Source: Eledone cirrhosa
Taxonomy: Eukaryota
DNA length: 64,000 bases
Assembly: GCA_964016885.1 (NCBI GenBank)
Contig: OZ024745.1
Location: 126,418,001 to 126,482,000 of the forward strand
Direction of reading: 5' to 3'
A model generated the notes under the pieces. The model was not told where the DNA came from. It ran no database searches and saw nothing but the letters and a program-made list of their open reading frames with translations. The position numbers were made by a program, and so were the translations under genes. Positions 53,735 through 64,000 of the stretch are shown here, in pieces. Each line of letters starts with the position of its first letter. Within the stretch, counting starts at the first letter, position 1.

Positions 53735-54335
53735 CACACAAATGAACTCTTTTGGCTTTACACCTACCATCATGCCGTTATAGTGCCGGCTACTTCCCAC
53801 ATCAGGGGACTCCCAAAGAGATCATTAAACATGGTTTGGACACCGCAGGCTTCCCTTCGCAACTTGAGATGGCGGGGCTGGGCCGAGGGGAGCAGAAGGC
53901 CAAATGGTATCACGATCTTCCTGTTCTCTTGTGGTAAGTCCCTCAACTCTAATGCAAAATGCGATGATCCTTTTTTCCAGCATCAATCTGGTGTATTTAG
54001 CGATAGACCCAGACTTCGATGCCTTACAAGAAGAACATTGCATTATGTCGAAGTATCAGCTGCTTTTTGACAGGTTAGTCGTCAAACCAATTCTGGTAGA
54101 GACATCCTGTGTTCTTAGCCCCGAGATCACCCACTTACACTCTTCTATCGAGGTCTTATTGGCCACTCACAAACGTGAGCACCGTCTGTTGGAATGGCAA
54201 TTTCAATGCGACTCCTTCGCCATCCTCTATTTTCTCCACTTTGACCCTTGTGATTACAAGACGGCTAGCGGCTAGGATTCTGCACACAAGGGTGCCTCCC
54301 ACGACACCTCCTAGGGCGTCCATTGGGGGTAGTTA
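53735..54335 (+). mobile_element. CRE-clade retrotransposon restriction-like endonuclease domain and 3' end, degenerate
   Basis: HLPSCRYSAG...IIKHGLDTAGFPSQLE..GL/RRPNGITIFLFSCGKSL.../KYQLLFDRLVVKPILVETSCVL, matching the Zn-knuckle plus R-P-D-G...D motif with frameshifts. Confidence 0.85.
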
Positions 54336-54432
54336 TGTTTGATCACTCCTTATTCACACACACACACACACATACATGCATATATACATACATACATACA
54401 TACATACATACATACATACATACATACATACA

Positions 54433-54463
<31 letters not shown>

Positions 54464-54781
54464 GTATATATATATATATATATATATAAAAACAAATAAC
54501 GAAACGAAATTAAATTTCGTTTCGTTTGTAACTCACTTTTGTATGACTGACGCTTAAACAATTAAGTTAAAAATGTACATCTACATATGCATACTGAAAT
54601 ACTAGTGTGTATATGAATACACACACGTATACATATGCAGATGTAACAAGTCTTTCACTGGTTGCTTTACTGTGAGCAACCCAGCTATTCTGTATGTAAA
54701 CACACAGACAAACCGGTTTTTAGAGTCATACTGGTTTTCGAGGAAACACCTTCCCTCTATTCTCCAGAAAGCCAGACAAGG

Positions 54782-54826
54782 AATATTGAACTAGTTTCGT
54801 TGTTGTTACAACTCATCAGCAATATT
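54782..54826 (-). ncRNA. Minimal type-I hammerhead ribozyme, fully canonical
   Basis: AAUAUUG-CUGAUGA-GUUGU AACA ACAAC-GAAA-CUAG-UU-CAAUAUU: 7-bp stem I, 5-bp stem II, palindromic stem III, GUU site. Confidence 0.88.
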
Positions 54827-55248
54827 TACCTATCTACCGGCCTTTCTGGAGAATTGTAAAAGCACATATCGTTATATGCTTTTTCTATGAAAATTAGTAG
54901 TGGGCAGACTAATTTGCATAGAGTGTGAGTACGCACCGGTTCAGCGGAGACGATAAAAACAAATAACGAAACGAAATTAAATTTCGTTTCGTTTGTAACT
55001 CACTTTTGTATGACTGACGCTTAAACAATTAAGTTAAAAATGTACATCTACATATGCATACTGAAATACTAGTGTGTATATGAATACACACACGTATACA
55101 TATGCAGATGTAACAAGTCTTTCACTGGTTGCTTTACTGTGAGCAACCCAGCTATTCTGTATGTAAACACACAGACAAACCGGTTTTTAGAGTCATACTG
55201 GTTTTCGAGGAAACACCTTCCCTCTATTCTCCAGAAAGCCAGACAAGG

Positions 55249-55293
55249 AATATTGAACTAGTTTCGTTGTTGTTACAACTCATCAGCAATATT
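55249..55293 (-). ncRNA. Minimal type-I hammerhead ribozyme, second identical copy
   Basis: Same sequence as 54782-54826. Confidence 0.88.
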
Positions 55294-55887
55294 TACCTAT
55301 CTAGTCTGCCCAAAAATATTGGTTAAAATACATGAAGATAAGCGGTTATATAGTGCAAATGTTATATGTGTGGCACGCATGTGCGTCTTGTTTATATAGT
55401 GTGGCAGAGAGATATGTGTGGTAGAGGCACTTAGGTAGGTAAATAAGAGTGTTAGGTTGGTAGATCTGGTGGCAAATTCTTTATATGATTGATATAGTCT
55501 GTGTGTGAAGAAATATTATAAGCATTAAAGATAGTGCAAGCATTAAAAGTGTTATAAGTAATGGAGATGCACAGCGCAGGGATGTCAAGTATTTCATGTA
55601 CTTCGGCATTTTCATGGTCAGGAGAGTGTATTTTTCGATTATATGCCCTTCACATAATCCACGACAATCCAGTTAGAGATCGTAGTCTGGTGATCTTTAG
55701 TTCGATACAGGAGGTTGTTACGTTTCTAGAAACGCCATTGAATACCGCCCGGAAGTGTGTGTGTGGCAAAGGGGAGTTAATGCATGCGGGGAGTTAACTC
55801 TGGGGTTTCCATATCTAGCCATTAAAATGTGTCCCAATGTCTCTCGGCTGAAAAGGAGGTCATATAACTGTCCATGCATTAATAAAT

Positions 55888-55934
55888 TGCTCCGAAGAAT
55901 CCAAACATCGGTTTGGAGGAAACAGCTGTAAGCA
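55888..55934 (+). ncRNA. Type-I hammerhead motif with U4C variant core
   Basis: UGCU-CCGAAGA-A-UCCAAAC AUCG GUUUGGA-G-GAAA-CAGCUG-UA-AGCA, GUA site. Confidence 0.65.
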
Positions 55935-56137
55935 CAATAATGTTTTGAGCAGTTCTTTGATTCTTATATTTCATATTTCATATATATATATATATATATA
56001 ACGAAGGAAGTGTGGTAAGGAACCAGATGGACCATAACGCACCAAAGTACTCAATACTTGAGGTAGTAGAGTGGGTAATAGGAACCAGAATTAGCCGTCG
56101 AAACGGCTTGAGCTCAGCTGTCGGGGTCTTACTGGTT

Positions 56138-56203
<66 letters not shown>

Positions 56204-56206
<3 letters not shown>

Positions 56207-56823
56207 TAACTATAATAAAGGAAGGTCTGCGGGATTGCGTCCAGAATATATTTTTTTACCCAGTTTGTAATATAAGTTGGATTACTTTGAATAAATAATT
56301 GTTTCTACTTTTGGCACAAGGCCAGCAATTATCTCAGTGTATTACTGGTACTTTATTTTATCGACCCCGTAAGGATGAAAGGCAAAGATAACCTTGGCGG
56401 GATTTGAACTCAGATCATATTACTTTGAATAAATAATGAATGATTATTACATAATTTATGTGTTAAATTTCGTGGCTGTTGATTTTATAGCTTAATCTTT
56501 GAAATTCACTTCTTTAAAATTATCAAATGTCAACACTTCCGGTTAGCGGCCGTTATATTATAACACCTATAATCGCATATATTTCCGTCGCTAATTTTCT
56601 ATTAATGCAGTTTATATATAATGTCATCTTTTTTTTTAATATATCAGGGATTACTGATTACAGAAGACAGTGTAACATAGGCTTTGTTAAATTTCTGTTA
56701 ATATTGTCAATTACGATTTTATTTGATGTATCATATTTACATGCATATATATATTTGTGTATAATATCAATATACACACTACACATGCTAGCAGAACCAC
56801 CCGTAGGGTGGTTTTTCTGCAAG
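56204..56823 (+). mobile_element. Non-autonomous Helitron-like element with nested SINE (56296-56416)
   Basis: A|TCTTAACTATAATAAAG start, 3' hairpin ACCACCC-GTA-GGGTGGT then CAAG|T. SINE TSD ATTACTTTGAATAAATAAT. Confidence 0.65.
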
Positions 56824-57086
56824 TATATATAAGTAACGAAGGTTAATTTGATACATCTCTCGAATTATCTTGGGTTTTCTTTTGAACTTCCAGCCATATA
56901 AATCAACAACAAAACTGAAAAAAAAAGATTAACCTGGAGTTCTAGCATGGCTGCAAGTCAACACATTTGCAGCATTACCACGGATGATAGCGAAGCCACG
57001 GCACTGGAATAACCAAGCAACCACGCCATTCGCCAGCAGCCCAGCTCCCTCAAACATCTCGATTGCCACTTAGAGAGATGTTATAT

Positions 57087-58621
57087 CAGAGATTCTCAAA
57101 CTTATGGGGCCACCGCCCCCCTCGAGGCCACGTAATACTCAGCGCCCCTAACCCTATTTCCGGAGAGACCTGCCCACACGCAAATTGTGAATAATATATA
57201 ATAAATAGAATCGTTAATTTATATGTAACTAGCAGTGGAGCCCAGCGTTGCATGGGATTGGAAAAATTAAACTTCAAAAGTGCAGTAACACGTATAAATA
57301 AAAAATCAAATATGATTGTGAGTTGCACACATGGAGCGGAAACATAGGTTGTAGTTTGTGCCCTACTTCTTTGGTTAAAAAAATAAACCAGTAACACCCG
57401 GTGTTATTGTTGCTAACCGTTGGCGGGGACTTTTTCATTAGATCCGTTCAGACTCTTTTTCACTAATTAAGCTTTTTCTGGTACAACCGATGTCTTATGA
57501 AATGCGCCCTTTATACTAAACATCTATGCATTGCGTGCTATGCCAGTGGGGGAAATTGATACACCGGCATGGACCAAGCAGTAAACCATGCAATTGAGGT
57601 GGCCGTTTGAGTTGATTTTCCGCTGCTAGGGGATACAGTAGGCAGAACAACTAAAATGGTATGAGTAAAAAATATTAAACGGAACACAATGCATAATTGA
57701 TGCAAATTTGAATAAAATCGGCCGCAAGCTGTAGAGGTTATTGGCGTCGATACTTTTTTAATTTAGTTCTTCTCACACAGGGCCCGAATTAGATAAACTT
57801 CGAAAAATCGGTTAGTCCAAAATAATGTTTGGTACATGAGGCATAGTTGTTCCAAATTTGAAGGAAATCGGTCACAAACTGTAGGTCTTATAACGTTGCG
57901 GATTATTTCGATTCGTTTTTCTAGTCCAGAGGTGCACTAAACAAAATATTATGACTCCAAAATAAAGTCGGGAACATAATGCATGTTTGTTCCAAATTTG
58001 AATGAAATCGGGTGTAAACTGTAGAACTTATTGACAAAAATGATTTTTTGAGTCTGTTTTTCTCTTATAGAGGTCGCAGTAGACACAAAGTTCGTACGAA
58101 GGTCAGGAAAATAATACAAGTTTGTGCCAAATTTGAAGAAAATCAGCTGCAAGTTGTAGAAGTTATGCGGAAAGAGACACACACACATAGTCTATTTTAT
58201 ATATGATGGCTGCCCCCTCGTTATCGAGTATGGCCATTGCACGATATACCATTATTAATAATTATTAATTAATTCTAACGTGCAATGCCTGTGCGTGAAG
58301 ATATTTTTTAAAGTGAGGAAAGACTGTGCACTGAGCCAGTCCCACTCTCTGAGCGACAGTAGCTATAACCCGAAAAGAAGAAAAGATCAACATCATCAGT
58401 AACTACTGAGCCGCAGGTTCTATGATCGGAGTTATCCCAGTTTCCTGAGTTGCCTTCTCCTATTCATAGATATTATATATTTTTTATTTTACTATATTTA
58501 TATATAATATGTATCATTTGATATGTAATATACTATTATCATCTCCACCACCCCTTAGGCCTCAGCAACCCCTGGACCTTCTCAACGCACCCGTCGGTAG
58601 CATTCACTTTGAGAACCTCTG
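57087..58621. mobile_element. hAT MITE (family of 38815) split by nested insertions
   Basis: TIR CAGAGATTCTCAAA / TTTGAGAACCTCTG and 8-bp TSD TGTTATAT. Confidence 0.85.
57229..58206 (-). mobile_element. Non-autonomous Helitron with internal subrepeats
   Basis: Minus strand A|TC start, CCCA..TGGG hairpin and CTAG|T end, four CAAATTTGAA..AATC subrepeats. Confidence 0.75.
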
Positions 58622-58785
58622 TGTTATATCTTACTACGAGCTGCGTACCATCCACGACACGTGTTAATATTTAACACAAACGACTCCCAGGATTTCCATT
58701 TAAAATGTGTTTTGGTTTTATACTCACTGCATAAGACAACCTGAAAATATTTTACAACAGCAAGTTACATGTATTGGGTTCTAAA

Positions 58786-58960
58786 TAATTGTTTCTACTT
58801 TTGGCACAAGGCCAGCAAATTACCCAGTGCATTACTGGTACTTTATTTTATCGACCCCGTAAGGATGAAAGGCAAAGTTAACCTCGGCGGGATTTGAACA
58901 CAGAATGGCAAGGGCCGTAACTCTATGCGTCAAAGCATGGCGTCCGACCTTCTACCGACA
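58786..58960 (-). mobile_element. Major SINE with TSD
   Basis: TSD TTCTAAATAAT. Confidence 0.9.
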
Positions 58961-61783
58961 CTTCTAAATAATGTACAGGGATATGTTACGAGACGGGCGT
59001 ATGTTTTGCATGTTTTAAATTGCGCTAATAGGTAATGAATTAGCGAATTAAAAATTGTTTCCATCTCCCTGAAATAGTATGTCTTTGGTGAGTGGAGAAA
59101 AGCACGACCAGTATTGAAATATCTGTACTTCCTTGTTGCTGCTGGGGGAATGCTTAAAAGTTAATATTATCAATTTTCAGTAATGGTGAACCGCCGGGCA
59201 ACATGCTTTATGACATCGGGTTACAGCCTTTACGATCTGAATTCAAATCCTGCCGAGGTTAGCTTTGCCTTTCATTCTTACGGGGTTGATAAAATAAAGT
59301 TAGATTTAATCGACTTTCCGCTCCCCAAATGTGTTGGTCTTGTGCCTAAATCAGAAAGCAATATTACCCATACTACGTTGATTGAACGATGTGTTTGAAG
59401 AAATGTGTTTGTTGTGGGGTCACCTGTGACAAAACAAAGTTGCGTTCAGAAATTCTGCATGCTGCTTTCTTGAAAGAAAGTTACGATCAGAAATTCTGCG
59501 AGTTGTTAGCTTCGGAATGCTGGGAGTTTGAAATGTCAGGTTGTCACCAATTTCAATGGGCAGTTGGTATGAAGTAGTGATGAAAATGTATGTTGAGAGA
59601 TTGTATATAAGTGATTCATGTGTGTTAAATGAAAATATATTTAAATTACATTATAAACAAGTGAAAACATTTTCAAATCACACACAGTCAGTTGAAAAAT
59701 TCCGTTATACAATGTGCAATACATATGTATAAAAGTCAGGAAGTGGTTAGAATGATAATGTGTGTACACGTTGGTGAGTTTTTTGTGTGGGTATGGTGGT
59801 CAGTGTCTTGAGTGGAGAAAGTGGCCTGGGTGGATGGATGGTAAGAGAGCAAGTGTCAATGAAGTTTGGTAGTTTAAACATCGCTACCCCCAATGATACA
59901 GATTGTTAGAACGTAGAGTAGACTGTTTTACGACATTCGTACCGACACTCTGCACTGAGTTCAAATCCCACCGAGGTCAACTTTACCTTTTATCATTTCG
60001 AGGTCGATAAAAACCGTACCAGTCCAATTGTAGAGTAGATTCTCTCTCTCTCTCTCTCTCTCTCCCATGAAATAAATTAGCTGTGTTCTAAACTAGAGAA
60101 AGCATGGGCTCCGCCAGGTTTAAGATACCTAAGCCACGTCATATGTCACTGTCCATACACACATAAAGAGTTACATATATAAATCACGTTGAAGCCAAAG
60201 CAACACTTGTTATGACCTATAGTTATATTTAGTTCACAAGTGCTTCGGTTTAGCGATAAGGACGATATTCCAACAGTTAAAGTGTTGATGCCTGGCACTT
60301 ACCATAGAGAGTTCACTGACCTAATAACCTTTACGACCATCCCAACAACCAGTGGAATTATGTTGCGAAGCACACTAAGCAACACAGTCTTTTGAATATT
60401 AAACTTTAAGCAGTTCACGTATACTCTTCGTCAGCTGTTGCAAATGGCGATGAGTGTGTATAGTAGATAAACAGACCAGCCAACCTGTAAAAGTCCAAAC
60501 TAGGAGTACCATGAAAAAAACGTGCTCCAAAACGGGGACAAATGAGGAATAATTGGGAGATTTTTACATAATGAAAACTATACCCGTTTTCACAAGACAA
60601 GACATCTCTCACCCACCTCAATCTGGATAGGAGATCTTCCCACCGACGGCAAGAGTTGACAAGTCTAGCAAAGCTTGATGTGATGATAGTACATTAGGAA
60701 GGTCTATAATGTATTTCAGTATTTCAATATACCATTGTTAAAGCGTTAGACGAAATGCATTGCAGTATTTGTTCCGGCTCTTTATTTTTTTAGTTCAAAT
60801 CCCACTGAGGTAAACCTTACCTGCTCTCAAGCCGGAAACCTATCGGGCAATTGTATGCTGCCAGAATTGAATGTACAAAATGCATACAGCCTCTCTAACC
60901 CTATTCTCTATGATAATAACAATATCATCCCCACCGACAAAGCAACGGGAAAGAATGTAGTTTTGGGCTATGTCGAACAATCTCTAATTAACATAACAGT
61001 AATATAAATGGGACGATTGCAGAGTATGAATTCAGTTGCTGTCTGGCAGGTTTTACAAGAAAATAGACGAGTTTGTTGCTCACTCGAGGATGCTAGAGTT
61101 CCTTGCTTGACTTATTAAAATCAAAGAGTTCTTTTGACACTTGAATCAAAGTTTTTGTATCATTTAGCAATTTTCTTGTGGATTTGTTTTTAGATTAAGA
61201 TAGGTAAATTATCATTTGAATATAATTCAATTTAACTGCATTTTGTGGTGTTTATTTCGGAAAATTAGTTACTGAAAGTCATCCCTATAGCCGACGCCTA
61301 GGTATTTTTCAGTTATACGCCCTATCCTCCCAAATAGAATAATTTCAACTTAGGCTGACTAATATTGACACTTCTTGCTCTGGGAATACTAAGAAAATTA
61401 CAAAAGCTACATTTTCCACTACTCAGTACATACTAACCCACTCAAATTATATTGCAGATCGTAACACCGTACGGACCTCTCCAAATCTAATCTAATTATG
61501 CATAATCGAAACTGCGATTCCGTATGGTTCATTAATGAGGTTCGCTGAGGTTTGTGTTCTAGGCGCGTTCCTAGTTGACCTCAATTGTAGCGCCGCCCCA
61601 GTTAGTAACCCATGCAATATGTTAAAGGTAAATTAGCTGAACTGAACATGTCCCTCTCCGGGTTATTACCTCTGACAGAGACTTCCTCGACATCTTACAA
61701 GTAAAGTATTCATCATCAAGTAAAGTATTTATCATCGAAATAGGATTGTTGTTTTGACCTCGCAACGTTTGTGCACAAGATTA

Positions 61784-62403
61784 ATAATTGTTTCTACTTT
61801 AGACACAAGGCCAGCAATTTTGTGGGAGGGGAAAGTCGATTAAATCGACCCTAGTGCGTGACTGGTACTTTATTTTATCGACCCCACAAAGATGAAAGGC
61901 AAAGTTAACCTCGGTAGGATTTGAACTCAGAATGTAAAGGGCCGTAACTATATGCCACAAAACATAATGTCCGACGCTCTACACTGCCAATCTCCCGCTC
62001 TAATTGTACAAGATTAATAAATAATAATGATTTCTAATATAGGCACAAGGCCATCAATTTCGGGGGAGGGGAAAACCGATTAAATCGACCCCAGTGCGTG
62101 ACTGGTACTTTATTTTATCGACCCCCGTAAGGATGAAAGGCAAAGTTAACTTCGGCTGGATTTGAACTCAGATCATTAAGGGCCGTAACTCTATGCTGCT
62201 AAGCATGGCGTCCGACCCTTTACCGATACTGCCAATCCACTGCCCTGCAATGGTCCTAGTGTATTACTGGTACTTTATTTTATCGACCGCGTAAGGATGA
62301 AAGGCAAAGTTAACCTCGGCGGGATTTGAACTCAGACCTTAATGGGCCGTAACTCTTTGCTGCAAAGCATGGCGTCAGACCCTCCACCGATACTGCCAAT
62401 CCA
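61784..62403 (-). mobile_element. Cluster of three major SINE copies (two long subfamily, one lacking the tail)
   Basis: Copies at 61784-62000, 62025-62225 and 62255-62403. Confidence 0.9.
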
Positions 62404-62849
62404 ACAATGCAACAGATAACGCTATTCGTTCTGATAATATAACGTTGGAAATTATTTCGGAACCTGTAATAAAAGCATGTATTTGCGGCAAATTAGTAGA
62501 GCCGATAAAACGTCGGACAGAATGCTTTGTGGTGTTCGTTTCGGCACTTTCTCAGCTCAGGGTTCAAATCCGAAGTCAACCTTCCTAACGTTCAACAATT
62601 CGAGATCCTCACATGAGTTGATTCTTACTCTATATATCTTTCTCAATTTCTCTCTACTACTCTGTGTCCTGTTCTGGAAGAAATCAGCTATGTTTAGTCT
62701 TGGTGAGAGGATGGTCTCTGTCAGTTTTATGAGTCCCTACATATTGTAAAAGCAAGTAGATGATTTTGTCCATGTTCGTTATCTTTCTTTCTTTAACAAG
62801 TAATTTTTTGTATTATCATATAACAATCATATGAGATTAAATAGAAATA

Positions 62850-63140
62850 CAGTATAACCCTGGCATTCGCGGTCCCGGCTATTCGCAGAATTTTCCTTAG
62901 AACCTAACTAATAATTGTTCGCGGAAATCACCGTATATTCGCCCGGTCCAAGAATCGAACTCACAACCTCAAGATTGTAAACCGAGGCTCAGAATATATA
63001 TATATATATAGTGTACCTGGCATATTCGCGGTATTTTCCTTAGAACCTAACTAATGATTGTTCGCGGAAATCACCGCATATTCGCCCGGTCCAAGAATCG
63101 ATCTCACAACCTCAAGATTGTAAGCCCGACGCTCTGAATA
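62850..63140 (+). mobile_element. Tigger/pogo-like MITE end plus SINE-head fragment, tandemly duplicated
   Basis: TA|CAGTATAACCC start. A ~140-bp unit is repeated at ~62880 and ~63023. Confidence 0.55.
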
Positions 63141-63160
63141 AATATATATATATATATATA

Positions 63161-64000
63161 CTAGCAGCTGAGCCCGGTTGCACCCGGGTCCACTTTTTAT
63201 TAAGTTAATAATTTTTAAAATATTTGAAAGTTTATTATAAAGAAGCAGTATCAGGGAAAATAATAGAAATATGCACTTGGGGCTGGACGGCGTACAATGA
63301 GAAGTGGGGCGACGTGAAAAAGCGTTGTTTATTAACAGCGAAATAGCAATGTCGACGATATGCAAGTTTGAAAATGCAGATTCTGAAGGTTTGTATGATA
63401 GTTTACACTTTGATTGCCCTGGTCAGCAAGAGAGGCCTCTATATATTAGACGTTTATTAGATGAGGGGGAAATAACTAACCCCAGTATTAGAACAGGGGG
63501 TTCGCAATGTAAGGGTTTTATTTCTTTTGTTAGAAAACAGTGACCTTTTTCGGTTTGGCATTTCGTAAAATTCTACTGCAGAATCGATTTCATAAAACGG
63601 TACTGTCTGATCGTTATAGAAGTATTTAAATTTAATATAGAGCAAACTGTAATTGAAAAATGAAAATGAAACGTACTGTAGAAGGCAACAGTTTATTAAC
63701 AGCGAAATAACGTTGTCTTTGATATGTTATTTTAAATAAGACAATGAATATTTTAAAAAAAACCTGAATTAATTAACTCGGCAACCAAAGGCTTATAGAT
63801 CCCATTCATTAAGTTTACATGCATGGATTCTTTAAACTTTTCATTTGACTTTGAAAAATACTATTTACTGTTAGTGGTGGTTAACATGTATTAGAATTAA
63901 AATAAAAATGATATCGGAAAAAACGTACCTTAGAACACGCGTCCCTTCTTCGCAATTTAAGGGTTTTATTTCTTTTGATGGAAAACAGTGACCGTTTTCG
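63161..64000 (-). mobile_element. Helitron-like element 3' end, running off the window
   Basis: CTAG at 63161 next to a CCCGG-TTGCAC-CCGGG hairpin. Internal repeats GTTTATTAACAGCGAAATA and AAGGGTTTTATTTCTTTTG. Confidence 0.65.

Larger units (their letters stand above)
54486..55303 (-). mobile_element. Retrozyme/pLTR-like element: two 351-bp direct repeats (period 467) each holding an HHR
   Basis: 54486-54836 and 54953-55303 look identical (identical 58-aa ORF starts in the track). Abuts (TA)n. Confidence 0.85.

Noticed and set aside
55304-55880. GIY-YIG endonuclease or RT of an autonomous Penelope element
   Set aside because: No such motif or long ORF was seen on either strand, so the PLE link remains an inference.

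Overview
AT-rich, microsatellite-dense, repeat-dominated animal genomic DNA. An octopod cephalopod is my inference, from the SINE families and the (TA)n/(CA)n/(ACT)n load; this was not verified. There is no long intact ORF, and nearly all ORF-track hits are microsatellite artefacts. The window holds roughly 35 copies of a tRNA-headed SINE, two other SINE types, mariner, CRE and RTE relics, hAT and piggyBac MITEs with TSDs, non-autonomous Helitrons, and a few candidate short exons. The main signal is a set of small non-coding elements sitting inside (TA)n tracts. They carry minimal type-I hammerhead ribozyme (HHR) motifs (CUGANGA-stem II-GAAA-palindromic stem III-UH), either as fold-back palindromes with an outward-pointing HHR on each strand (18602-18904, 35954-36320, 49304-50181) or as a tandem pair of canonical HHRs 467 nt apart (54486-55303, retrozyme-like). 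They are best read as Penelope-like/retrozyme-type non-autonomous elements that favour TA repeats. All folds were done by eye and no activity has been shown.
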